64,000 nucleotides of DNA from Candidatus Latescibacterota bacterium (GCA_965223905.1 CBDCXV010000011.1:416001-480000); one strand, 5' to 3'; counted from the stretch's first letter, positions 39,565 through 48,947 are shown. Numbers and translations: made by a program. Notes: a model not told the origin generated them from the sequence alone.

Positions 39565-40710
39565 ATGAGGGGCAGCATTCTGTGCAGGGGCTGCGAGGCG
39601 GATTTCGGCTTCGCCATCCCCTTCCACCGCTGCCCCGAGTGCGGGGGAGCCCTCTCCTTCTCCCTGGACCGCGCCTTTCCCCTCGCCGAGATCGCCGCGC
39701 GGCCTCCCGGCATGTGGCGCTACCGCGAGGCCCTTCCGGCTTTCGAGGAGGTGATCTCCCTCGGCGAGCAGGCGACTCCCCTGGTCCCGGTGGCGCCTCG
39801 GGAGCTCGGACGGGAGGGGGTGCTTTTTAAGTGCGAGTACACCCTTCCGACCGGGTCCTACAAGGACCGCGGCGCCGCCACCCTCGTCAGCTACCTGAAA
39901 TCAGTCGGTGTCGAGGAAGCGGTCGAGGATTCGTCCGGGAATGCCGGGGCCTCGATGGCGGCCTACTGCGCCCGTTCCGGAATCTCCCTGAAGGTATTCT
40001 GCCCGCAATCCGCCTCCGCGGGAAAGCTGACGCAGATCCGGCTGTACGGGGCCGAGCTGGTGCGGGTTCCCGGGCCGCGCCCGCGGGCGACCGAGGCATT
40101 GCTCGAGCACGTCGAGGCCACCGGCAGCGCCTACGCCTCCCACCTCTGGCACCCGCTCTTCCTCGAAGGGATTCGCAGCATGGCGTACGAGATCGCCGAA
40201 CAGCTCGGCTGGGCGGCGCCCGATTTCGTCCTCTGCCCCGTCGGAGCCGGGAGCATCCTGCTGGGGCTGTTCGAGGGGTTTTCCGACCTGCTCGCCGCCG
40301 GCGTCATAGCGCGTCTGCCGCGGCTGGTTGCGGTGCAGGCGGCCAACGTCGCCGCCGTCTGCGACGCCGTGCGCACCGGCGCCGTGCGAGTAGAGCCGGC
40401 CTGCGATCCGCAGCCGACCCTGGCGGAAGGAATCGCCCTGCCGGCCCCGGTCCGGGACCGCGAGGTGCTGCACGCGATCCGCGCCTCCGGGGGAACGGCC
40501 GTCTCTGTCGTCGAAGAGGAGATCGCCGCGGGAGCGGCAACGCTCGGCAAGGCCGGCTTCTGCGTCGAACCGACTTCCGCTGTGGTCTGGAATGGGCTGC
40601 GGAAGCTGATCGAAAGCCCTTCCCCCCCTCCCCCCGGCGCCACCATCGTCGCCGTGCTGTCAGGGCACGGCCTCAAGGCCTCCCCGGCTCTGGCTGAAAT
40701 CCTCCCCTGA
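39565..40710 (+). CDS. Threonine synthase-like PLP enzyme with N-terminal Zn ribbon
   Basis: CRGC...CPEC, PTGSYKDRG, DSSGNAG, EPTSA, SGHGLK. Confidence 0.82.
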   Translation: MRGSILCRGCEADFGFAIPFHRCPECGGALSFSLDRAFPLAEIAARPPGMWRYREALPAFEEVISLGEQATPLVPVAPRELGREGVLFKCEYTLPTGSYKDRGAATLVSYLKSVGVEEAVEDSSGNAGASMAAYCARSGISLKVFCPQSASAGKLTQIRLYGAELVRVPGPRPRATEALLEHVEATGSAYASHLWHPLFLEGIRSMAYEIAEQLGWAAPDFVLCPVGAGSILLGLFEGFSDLLAAGVIARLPRLVAVQAANVAAVCDAVRTGAVRVEPACDPQPTLAEGIALPAPVRDREVLHAIRASGGTAVSVVEEEIAAGAATLGKAGFCVEPTSAVVWNGLRKLIESPSPPPPGATIVAVLSGHGLKASPALAEILP

Positions 40711-40784
40711 GCCGGCGGACGGTTCCTCTGCTCCGGCTACAATCCCTGCCCTCGCGCAATTCCGCGTGAATCCGGTCGCGTTTC

Positions 40785-42293
40785 TTACCCGGATTTGCGC
40801 GCGCTGGCTTTGAGTTCCTTGAGCCGCTGCGCGGCTTCCGAGCTCCTGTAGAAATCGTCGAGAGGGAAGCAGCCGCTGACCATGCCGTTGCGCGGGGCGG
40901 TGGTGCAGTCGCTGAAGGTGCGGCAGATCAGCTTGCGGGCCAGCTGGCCCCCGCCGTGGAGCAGATCGTGCGGCAGGTCGGGGTACGACAGCACCATGCG
41001 GCCCAGACCGACGAAATCGACGGCCCCCGAACGCACCGCGGCCTGGGCGACGTGGGGCAGGAACTCCTGCAGGTAGCTGTAACCCGATCCCACGAACACA
41101 CGGTCCGGGAACGACCTCTTCAGCCGGGCGGCGGCGGCGATCTGCCTGGCCACCCCGGCGAGCGGGTCCTCGGGCGGCTGGTACCCGTCGGAGGGCGGGA
41201 ACAGCGCCGGACGCTGAATGTGGGGGTTGTAGTAGGGGCTGCCGCAGGTGAGGTTGACGAGGTTCACCCCCCACTCGCCGAGGGCGGCAATGAAGCGGCG
41301 GGGCTCGTCGAGATCGATTTCCAGCGGGTCGCGGGGGTCGAGGCCGAACCCGTACTGGTAGGGCAGAAGGGTGTCGAAGGGTTCGGGGACCCCGGTACCG
41401 GGCTTGCCTCCGACTTCGCCGGGACCGGCTCGAAACGGCACGAAGTCATAGACACTAAGGCGCACTCCTACTTGAAGTTGAGGTGCCTCACTATTGATGC
41501 CCTCGACGATTTCCCGGCAAAAGCGGGTGCGGTTGTCGAATGAGCCGCCGAACCTGCCGGGGCGCGTGCGCGCGCTCAGCAGCTCGTGACCGAGATAGCC
41601 GTGGCAGTGCTTGACGTCGACGAAGTGGAACCCTGCGTCGCGGGCGATGCAGGCCGCTTCGACGTAGAGCTCGATCAGCCGTTGCAGGTAGTCGTCGGTG
41701 ACGGGTGCATGGCCGGGGTCGAGTCCGAACCTGCGGTCGAGGATGGGGTGCCGGTAGGCGATGCAGGGCTCCATCCGGTCCTTGCGGAAGGGCCGGCAGA
41801 AGCGTCCCGAATGGGTCAGCTGAAGGCCGACCACGAGGTCGTCGGCAGAGCCGAAGCGCTCCCGGTGCGCCGCGGTGAGGATCTCCCACAGCTCCCGAAC
41901 TCCGTCGCGGGTCGTGGCGCAAGCCATCAGCTGGTTGGGATTGGCCCTCCCCTCGGGGCACACGGCAAACGCCTCGCCTCCCCAGATCAGCTTGGCGCCG
42001 CTGCGCCCGAAGTTGCGCCAGCGGCGGCGCACGAAATCGGTGGGCATGCCGTCCCCGGTGCCGTCCCAGCCCTCCATCGGCTGGATGGCGAAGCGGTTTC
42101 CCGCACGCCTTTCGCCAATTTCGCAGGGCTGTGCCAGCGGCGATTCGGGTGCCGGCAGCGGTGCCTCGTCACAGGGAAGCGAGGCCCCGATGGCCTCGAG
42201 GTGGGCGCGGAAATCGGCGACCTGCCGGAAGGCGGACACCCGCGGATGCCGGTCCCGGCGCCGCGGGGCCTCTCCCGAATCGGTCTCAGCCAT
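40785..42293 (-). CDS. NADH:flavin oxidoreductase (Old Yellow Enzyme family)
   Basis: NRFAIQPMEG, QLTHSGR, KHCHGYL, GGSFDNRTR, VGLGR, C-terminal CRTFSDC...C. Confidence 0.88.
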   Translation of the reverse strand: MAETDSGEAPRRRDRHPRVSAFRQVADFRAHLEAIGASLPCDEAPLPAPESPLAQPCEIGERRAGNRFAIQPMEGWDGTGDGMPTDFVRRRWRNFGRSGAKLIWGGEAFAVCPEGRANPNQLMACATTRDGVRELWEILTAAHRERFGSADDLVVGLQLTHSGRFCRPFRKDRMEPCIAYRHPILDRRFGLDPGHAPVTDDYLQRLIELYVEAACIARDAGFHFVDVKHCHGYLGHELLSARTRPGRFGGSFDNRTRFCREIVEGINSEAPQLQVGVRLSVYDFVPFRAGPGEVGGKPGTGVPEPFDTLLPYQYGFGLDPRDPLEIDLDEPRRFIAALGEWGVNLVNLTCGSPYYNPHIQRPALFPPSDGYQPPEDPLAGVARQIAAAARLKRSFPDRVFVGSGYSYLQEFLPHVAQAAVRSGAVDFVGLGRMVLSYPDLPHDLLHGGGQLARKLICRTFSDCTTAPRNGMVSGCFPLDDFYRSSEAAQRLKELKASARKSG

Positions 42294-43068
42294 CGGGGCT
42301 TCGGCGGTCGCGCGCTTCCGGGCCGGACCTCAGCAGGTGTACGGTCCCCGCGATTCCTGCAATCATCAGCGTCAGGCTGATAAGCTGCGCCCCGGTCAGG
42401 CCCCAGGCCACGACCGGATTCAGGCGAATGAACTCCACTGCGAAACGGGCGCCGCCGCTGAGCATCATGTAGAGGAAAAACGTGGTGCCGGGCACCCGCA
42501 GGCGCATCCGCGTCGACCAGAGGACGGCGAAGATCGCCAATCCCATCAGGGTCTCGTAGACCGGGGCCGGATGGACTTTCTCGTAGGTGGGGACGACGCC
42601 GTCCGGGTAGGCCATCCCCCAGGGCAGATCGGTAGGCACGCCGTAGTCGCCGTCGCCGGCCAGCTGGCAGCCGATTCTGCCGATGGCGTAGCCGATCGCC
42701 AGGCCGATGCCGACGGCGTCGGCCACCTCCGGCAAAGGCGCACCGCGGCGGCGCACCACCCAGATGACCGCGGCCGTCGCCAGGAAGAAGCCGCCGTGCC
42801 AGGTTAGGCCGCTGCCGGAGAACACGGCGCCGAAGGACTCGCTCCAGGTGGCGCCCGGTGGAAGCTCGAAGAGGATGAAGTAGAGCTTGGCTCCGGCGAG
42901 GCCGGCGAGGATGCCGGCGGTGAGGATGGAGGAGGCGAGCTCGGGGTCTATTCCCTTGCGGCGCAATTCCTTCTGGATGAAGAAGTGGCCGGTTAGGAAA
43001 CCGAGAACGACCATGGGACCGAAGGTGGGCAGCTTGAAGCCGCCGATTTCCAGCCAGTAGGGGTACAT
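42286..43068 (-). CDS. lgt: Prolipoprotein diacylglyceryl transferase family protein
   Basis: GLTWHGG, GRIGC, LPWGM, HPAPVYE, RFAVEFIR. Multiple TM helices. Confidence 0.9.
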   Translation of the reverse strand: MYPYWLEIGGFKLPTFGPMVVLGFLTGHFFIQKELRRKGIDPELASSILTAGILAGLAGAKLYFILFELPPGATWSESFGAVFSGSGLTWHGGFFLATAAVIWVVRRRGAPLPEVADAVGIGLAIGYAIGRIGCQLAGDGDYGVPTDLPWGMAYPDGVVPTYEKVHPAPVYETLMGLAIFAVLWSTRMRLRVPGTTFFLYMMLSGGARFAVEFIRLNPVVAWGLTGAQLISLTLMIAGIAGTVHLLRSGPEARDRRSPDG

Positions 43069-46000
43069 CAGCCCGTCGCCCCGGCGGCGCTGTTGCCGCC
43101 TTCCTCCGCTTTCCCGGCGAGGCGCGCGATCTCCCGCCGCACCTGCGCGGTGACCTCCCTGTAGACCTCGTAGTTCCCCAGGCGCTGGCGGCGGGCGGCG
43201 TACGGGGCCATCTCCACGGGGGGTCCGAAGTTCAGCCGCACCGGGTTGCGGCGGGGAAAACGGCCGTGTTTCGGCAGCGCTTCCCGGGTACCGAGGACGT
43301 GCACCGGCACGATCGGCAGGTCGAGCTCCACCGCCAGCAGACCCACCCCGGTCCTGAACGGCTGCAGCCGGCCGCTCGGGGACCGCGTTCCCTCCGGAAA
43401 GACCAGCAGCGGCCTGCGCACCCCGATCAGGCGGCGCAGGGCCAGCAGGCTTTCGAGGAACTCCTCCTGCCGGTCGAAGGGGACGGCGTCGAGCATGGTG
43501 TGCAGGAACCAGCTCAGCAGCGGCGACCTGGAGAAGTAGTCCCTTGCCGCGGCGAGGCTGAGGCGGTCGACGTGAGGCCTGACCGCCAGCAGTATGGAGG
43601 GGGCGTCGAGATGGCTCGAGTGATTGGCTGCGATCACGTAGGGACGGTCGGCTGGAAGGTGCTCCAGTCCCCTGGCCTTCAGCGAAAAATAGAGGCGGAA
43701 CAATCCCCCACCGGCGCTCCAGAATGCTTCCCGCAGGGCGCCGGAACCGCCTTCGGCCGGGCGCCGGTGTTCCCTGTTCCCGTCTTCTCCCCGCAGCGCC
43801 CGGGTCCAGTACCCGCCCTCGTTCACGGAGGAAACGACCTCCTTTCCCGCGTCCGCAAACAGAGGCTCCAGTTTATCCATCAGGCTTCTCAGCGTGGGGC
43901 TGCGGTGGATCTCCCGGGGAAGCGAACGGCCGAGCGTCTCCTCGACGACCGCGGCGAACTCGACCGACATCAACGAATCGAGCAGGCTGTTGAGGGGGGC
44001 GTCGCCGTGGGCGAGCACCTCTGCCGCCGTCAGTCCCGTTATCCTGCTCAGCAGGTCGTAGACCGACCTCTCCCACGGCGCCAGGCTTTCGTCGACCTCG
44101 ACCTCGGCGCCATGCAGCTGATGCTGCAGCTCCTCCAGCACCCGGGTCCGGTCGACTTCACCGGCGTGGTTGCGCGGCAGCGGCCGGCTGCGCACGTGCA
44201 GGCGTTGAATCCGCTGGTAGGTCGGCAGGTGGCGGGAAATCCCGTACGCCGCCTCCTTCACCCTCGCGGCCGCGGCTTCCCCGGCCCCCTCCTCCAGGAC
44301 CGCCACTCCGTGAGCTTCCTCGCTCAGGGTGCGCGGCGACCTCACCCCGACTACGCTCAGCTCCGCCACCTCGGGCAGGCCGCGGTACAGCCCCTCCACT
44401 TCACCGGGGTAGACGTTTTTGCCCGCGCCGGTGACGATCAGGTCCTTGCAGCGGCCGGTGATGAACAGGTACCCGTCGTCGTCGAGGTAGCCGATGTCGC
44501 CGCTGTGCAACCAGCCGTCCATGAGGACCTCGGCGGTCAGTTCGGGACTGTCGAGATACCCGGGCATGACGTTGGGCCCGCGCACGAGGATCTCGCCACA
44601 GCCGCGGGGATCCGGCTCGTCGATGCGCAACTCGACCCCGGGCAGCGGGATTCCGACCGATCCCTTCCTGGTCTTCCCCGGCGGGTTGACGGTGACGATG
44701 GGGGACGTCTCTGTAAGGCCGTACCCCTCGTACACGGTAACCCCCATGCGCCGGTAGCTCTCGAAGATTCCCGAAGCCAGGGGCGCGCCCCCGCTGACGA
44801 CGAGCTTGAGCCTGGAAATCAGGGCGGCGCTGTCGCGATTCAGGGCGTTGCGCTCCTCCTCGCCGTGCCTGCCGAGACGTTCGATGCGATCGGCGAGGAT
44901 TTTCAGCAGCCGGGGCACCGCGAGCAGCGCCGTCGTGCCGGTCTCCCGCATCGTTTCGAGGATGACCCGGCTGTTGAGGGTCTCGAGGTAGGTGATCGTC
45001 GCCCCGCTGAGCAGCGACATCAGCAGCGAGCCGGTGAACTCCAGGCCGTGGTGGAGGGGGAGCAGGGAGAGGACGCGGTCCCCCCTGTCGAGGCGCTGCA
45101 CCTCGGCCAGGGCGAGCAGATCGGAGAGGAAATTGCGGTGCGTCAGCACCACTCCCCTCGGTTCGATCGCGGTGCCGGCCGTGAAGATGATCGACGCCTC
45201 CATCTCCGGGGTGACCTCGGGCGGTTTCCGGTCCCCCTGCGGGGCAGGCTGCGCCTCCTCTGATGCCCCATCCGGCGGCGGGGACGGCCTGCCTTCGTTT
45301 TCGAGGTCGAAGACAGGCAGCGGCCAGCCGGCCAACCCCGACCCCGCTTCGGGGTTCAAAGTCTCGAAGCAGGGGCGCGAGGCGATCAGGCCCCGGGCCC
45401 TGGTGAACGCCGCCAGCTTCCACACCTCCTCCCCGCGGGTCTGCGGGTCGACGGGAACCACCGACAGACCGCCGACCGACGCCGCCATGTAGGCGATCAC
45501 CCACTCGGGACTGTTTGCCGCGTACAGCAGCACGCGGTCGCCCGACTCGAGCCCGCAGCGCTGCCACAAGTCCGCCTGGGCCTCTGCCCGGGCCAACAAC
45601 CCCCCGAAGGCGACCTTCCTCCAGGAATTCCCGCGCTTCATCTGCAGGGCCGTGACCTCCCCGTAGCGGGCGCACGACCAGCGCAGCAGGTCGGGAATCG
45701 TCTGCAGCTCTTCCTCCTGCTGCCAGCGCTCCTCTTCCGAGCCGACCTCGGCCGGCGCCTCGCGGAAGATCTCCTCTTCCCCGGCGTCCCTCAGGACGTG
45801 CCGCCTGAGTCCGGGCAGATGGACGTCGCAGATGTAGCGCTCCCAATCGATGCGCTCGACGTCCATGTTGAAATCCTGCCGCTCCCCTTCCGGCAGACGC
45901 GCGTAGAGCGAGCGGGCGCGGTCGGTGGCAAAGCTGCAGGTCAGGTGGGTGTACGGATGGTAGATGTCGGCGTAGTACAGCACCCTCTGGAGACGGATCT

Positions 46001-47414
46001 TCATCGTCGACAGGAGCCGGCGTTTCTGCGGGGAAGCCCAGCGCCATCCCGAAGGCAGGCGCTTGAGCCACCAGGAATGAAGCGCCAGCGGCAGCGAGTA
46101 CTTGAGCCGGAATTTCAGCCGGAAGCGGCGCACGCCGGGGTAGGTCCAGCTCGCCAGGTGCGGAGCGCGGCCGTCGCGGCCGAGAAGCGGGTTGGCGCTG
46201 AAGTAGGTCACCAGGCTGTCGTAGAGCTGGGAAATCCGCACCGGGTTCCGGCTCGCCGTGGCCGCGTGGTAGACCTGCACCTCCCCGGGGGAGGCCTGGG
46301 TCGCCGCGGCCAGGGTGGTGTTGACGACGACGTCGACCGGGACGATGTCGAGGGCGAGATCGGGCCGCGCCGGAAAATCGGGCAACAATCCCTTGCCGTA
46401 CGCCGCCACCAGGGGATCCATCACCTTCAGCCCGGTGATCCACCCCGGCTCGGGATCCTCGAGGGAGCTTTCGATGATGCTCGGCCGCACGATGACGAGC
46501 GCCTGGCCGTCGCGGTTCCCGACCAGCAGCTGCTCCCCCATCGCCTTGGTGAAGGTGTAGACGTCGTTCCAGCCGTGCTCCCTGGCGCGCCGCATGCCCT
46601 CGTCGACGAGGCGGCGCTCGATCCAGTGCCTGCTTCGGTCCTCGGTGAGCTTCTCGAGCCGGCTCTTCGACAGCGGCCGGGTGCGGTGCTGCCGCAGGAT
46701 GGCGCGCTCGAACCCGCGGCGGAGCGCCTCTCCCCGGCCCTCCTCGTACACCCCCCGGCAGAACTCCTCGCAGTCGGCGATCTCGCGCTCGGGATCGAAC
46801 GGCGCCGACCCGGCACCCGGATTCGCCATCTGGCTGATGTCCCGGTCCAGGGGCAGGGGCTCCTCCGGTATGACCCCGGTAAGGCGGCCGTTGACGTAGG
46901 CGGTGGAGACGTGGACGAAGTCGACCGGCTTGCGGCAGCCTGCGGCGAATTGCAGGAGGGCGAGCGGGCCGTGGGTGTTGAGGCGGATCGAGTCGTCGAG
47001 GGGCTCGTCGAAGACCACGGTCGCGGCGCTGTTGAAGATGGTGTCGATCTCCTGGCGCAGGCGGTCGAGCATCGCCGGTTCGACCCCGAAGTCCGGCTTG
47101 TCCGTGTCCCACGGGACGGCAACGACCTTGGCTGCCTGGGGCGCGAATCCTTCGGGATCTCCGTCGCGGTGGCGGCGGAAGACCGCGTCCTCCGCCAGCA
47201 TCCGCTGCACCCGCTCTTCCGCGGAAAGGGTCTCGCCGTTGCGGCCGCGGCCCGGGCGGGCGAAGGCGTAAATCCGCTCCACCTGCGGCAGGTCGCGAAG
47301 GATTTTCGCGATCAAAGCCTGGCCCAGGAAACCGGTGCCGCCGGTGATCAACAGACTGCGGCCGGCGAAATACTCGCGGATCATCTCGAGACCTGTCCCG
47401 TCATCTCGCGGCAC
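43068..47414 (-). CDS. Multidomain fatty acyl reductase / AMP-binding / carrier / acyltransferase protein (ElbD-like architecture)
   Basis: FAR: TGGTGFLG, HVSTAYV, YTFTK, RPSII. ANL fold: YEGYGLTE, GWLHSGD, GRCKDLI..GKNVYP. Carrier: LDSL. PlsC type: NHSSHLD, FPEGTRS. Confidence 0.9.
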   Translation of the reverse strand: MPRDDGTGLEMIREYFAGRSLLITGGTGFLGQALIAKILRDLPQVERIYAFARPGRGRNGETLSAEERVQRMLAEDAVFRRHRDGDPEGFAPQAAKVVAVPWDTDKPDFGVEPAMLDRLRQEIDTIFNSAATVVFDEPLDDSIRLNTHGPLALLQFAAGCRKPVDFVHVSTAYVNGRLTGVIPEEPLPLDRDISQMANPGAGSAPFDPEREIADCEEFCRGVYEEGRGEALRRGFERAILRQHRTRPLSKSRLEKLTEDRSRHWIERRLVDEGMRRAREHGWNDVYTFTKAMGEQLLVGNRDGQALVIVRPSIIESSLEDPEPGWITGLKVMDPLVAAYGKGLLPDFPARPDLALDIVPVDVVVNTTLAAATQASPGEVQVYHAATASRNPVRISQLYDSLVTYFSANPLLGRDGRAPHLASWTYPGVRRFRLKFRLKYSLPLALHSWWLKRLPSGWRWASPQKRRLLSTMKIRLQRVLYYADIYHPYTHLTCSFATDRARSLYARLPEGERQDFNMDVERIDWERYICDVHLPGLRRHVLRDAGEEEIFREAPAEVGSEEERWQQEEELQTIPDLLRWSCARYGEVTALQMKRGNSWRKVAFGGLLARAEAQADLWQRCGLESGDRVLLYAANSPEWVIAYMAASVGGLSVVPVDPQTRGEEVWKLAAFTRARGLIASRPCFETLNPEAGSGLAGWPLPVFDLENEGRPSPPPDGASEEAQPAPQGDRKPPEVTPEMEASIIFTAGTAIEPRGVVLTHRNFLSDLLALAEVQRLDRGDRVLSLLPLHHGLEFTGSLLMSLLSGATITYLETLNSRVILETMRETGTTALLAVPRLLKILADRIERLGRHGEEERNALNRDSAALISRLKLVVSGGAPLASGIFESYRRMGVTVYEGYGLTETSPIVTVNPPGKTRKGSVGIPLPGVELRIDEPDPRGCGEILVRGPNVMPGYLDSPELTAEVLMDGWLHSGDIGYLDDDGYLFITGRCKDLIVTGAGKNVYPGEVEGLYRGLPEVAELSVVGVRSPRTLSEEAHGVAVLEEGAGEAAAARVKEAAYGISRHLPTYQRIQRLHVRSRPLPRNHAGEVDRTRVLEELQHQLHGAEVEVDESLAPWERSVYDLLSRITGLTAAEVLAHGDAPLNSLLDSLMSVEFAAVVEETLGRSLPREIHRSPTLRSLMDKLEPLFADAGKEVVSSVNEGGYWTRALRGEDGNREHRRPAEGGSGALREAFWSAGGGLFRLYFSLKARGLEHLPADRPYVIAANHSSHLDAPSILLAVRPHVDRLSLAAARDYFSRSPLLSWFLHTMLDAVPFDRQEEFLESLLALRRLIGVRRPLLVFPEGTRSPSGRLQPFRTGVGLLAVELDLPIVPVHVLGTREALPKHGRFPRRNPVRLNFGPPVEMAPYAARRQRLGNYEVYREVTAQVRREIARLAGKAEEGGNSAAGATG

Positions 47415-47503
47415 TGCCGGCGCTCGCCCACCCCACTCGGGGGCCTTGCGAGACAGGTGCCTCGGCGGCGCAATCCTGGCAATCCATTTCCGGGACGGAA
47501 CAC

Positions 47504-47764
47504 TTATTGTTCATCCGGGTCGGAGGGGTCGTCTTGTTCATCCGGGTCGGAGGGGTCGTCGGCGCGGAGGCCTTGAGTCGAGAGGTCCGATCCGTTGCCT
47601 TCCTGTTCTGTCCGTTGGCGGTCGGAGCCCTGCGGGGGCTCGAGCCCCTGCCCGGTTATGTACGGGTGCCGGAAATGCTTTCTCAGCGCCTCCAGGAGCG
47701 GCTTGTCCAGCCGGTCCGGGGCGCCGTCGCCGCTGCCGGTTCCGTCTTCGGGACGCCTCGCCAT
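47504..47764 (-). CDS. Putative small acidic protein (86 aa) upstream of the ElbD-like gene
   Basis: GAAGGA RBS before ATG 47764. MARRPEDG...LDKPLLEALRKHFRHPYI...(DDPSDPDEQ)x2. Confidence 0.45.
   Translation of the reverse strand: MARRPEDGTGSGDGAPDRLDKPLLEALRKHFRHPYITGQGLEPPQGSDRQRTEQEGNGSDLSTQGLRADDPSDPDEQDDPSDPDEQ
47507..47560. repeat. Perfect 27-bp tandem duplication
   Basis: TTGTTCATCCGGGTCGGAGGGGTCGTC at 47507-47533 and 47534-47560. Confidence 0.92.
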
Positions 47765-47863
47765 TGCCATTCCTTCAGGTAAACTCACTGAAGATACGGC
47801 GCCCCGTGGTGTCAGCAATTTGAACGGCGGCAGCACCGCCGCGGCAGGGGAGCCCGCACAGGA

Positions 47864-48787
47864 ATGGAAAAGAATCAGACCGCCACGGGACGCTGGGCCA
47901 TCATCGCCAATCCGGCCGCGGCCCGGGGCCGCGCCCCGCTCCTTGCGGCCGCGGCTTCGCGCTACCTTGGCGAACGCGGGATCGCCGCGGACCTGTTGGT
48001 TTCGGAGGGCCGCGGCCACGCCTGCGAGCTCGCCCGCAAAGCGATCGCCGAAGGAGCCGGCCGCATCGTGACGTGCGGAGGGGACGGCACCGTCAACGAG
48101 ATCCTGCCCGCGGTCGCCGGCTCGCGGGCCGCTCTCGGACTGCTGCCTTGCGGAACCGCCAACGACTTCGCGCGCGCCCTCGGGATACCGCGGCAACCGC
48201 GTCGGGCGCTGCGCAACCTGGTCGAGGGACGCGAGGTCCGCGTCGACCTCGGGGCCTGCGGCGACCGCTACTTCTGCACCGTCGCCGCCTGCGGGTTCGA
48301 CGCCGAGGTCAGCGAGGCGATGCGCGAGGGCCGCCGCCTGCCGGGAACGGCAGGGTACCTCTGGGCGGCGCTCCGCCACTTGTTCCGCTTCGAGCCGGCG
48401 AAGGTGGCGGCGACGGGGGATTTCGGCCGCCTGGAGACCGAGGTGCTGCTGGTCGCCGCGGCGGTAACGCGAAGCTACGGCGGCGGCATGCGGATCGCTC
48501 CGCACGCCGATCCCGCGGACGGGAGGTTCGACGTCGTCATCATCGGCCCGGTCGCCAGAAGAACGGTGGTGGCGATGCTCCCCCGCCTGTTCCGGGGCAG
48601 CCACGTCGGGCATCCCGCGGTGCGCATCGAGCGTTCCTCGTTCCTCGAGATCGAGACACCGGGCGGCGCCCGGCCGCTGTACGCCGACGGCGAGCCCCTG
48701 GGAGAGACGCCGGTTTCCCTGCGCATCGCCCCGGGGTCGCTTCGCGTCATTGTTCCGCGGCCCCCGGCCCTCGGGATGCCGCCGTGA
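47864..48787 (+). CDS. Diacylglycerol/lipid kinase family protein (YegS/DagK-like)
   Basis: IANPAA, GGDGTVNE, GTANDFAR, YGGG, DGE. Confidence 0.9.
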   Translation: MEKNQTATGRWAIIANPAAARGRAPLLAAAASRYLGERGIAADLLVSEGRGHACELARKAIAEGAGRIVTCGGDGTVNEILPAVAGSRAALGLLPCGTANDFARALGIPRQPRRALRNLVEGREVRVDLGACGDRYFCTVAACGFDAEVSEAMREGRRLPGTAGYLWAALRHLFRFEPAKVAATGDFGRLETEVLLVAAAVTRSYGGGMRIAPHADPADGRFDVVIIGPVARRTVVAMLPRLFRGSHVGHPAVRIERSSFLEIETPGGARPLYADGEPLGETPVSLRIAPGSLRVIVPRPPALGMPP

Positions 48788-48897
48788 CCGCAGCGCGCCG
48801 CCGGACATTGGCGATCCAAAAAGGGAGGCGGCGAGTCTCTCCTTGCCCGCATCCGCTATTTTCGCCAAATTACAAGACCCCCCACAGCAGCGCTCTG

Positions 48898-48910
48898 CCC
48901 CCCCCCCCCC
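48898..48910. repeat. Poly-C homopolymer (C13) upstream of the MCE gene
   Basis: Thirteen consecutive C ending 37 nt before ATG 48948. Confidence 0.8.
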
Positions 48911-48947
48911 ACTCGTCCCATTCCCCCCTTTTGAGCCGTGACGCCCC

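Noticed and set aside
37426-39627. 733-aa minus-strand ORF
   Set aside because: Antisense shadow of ilvD with no recognisable motifs, typical of high-GC DNA.
44401-47112. 903-aa same-strand ORF, plus 665-aa and 592-aa antisense ORFs over the megaenzyme
   Set aside because: Arg/Pro/Gly-rich off-frame or antisense shadows. All motifs are in the 1448-aa frame.
47507-47560. 27-bp repeat as a CRISPR remnant
   Set aside because: Two abutting copies with no spacer and no cas genes; a simple tandem duplication.
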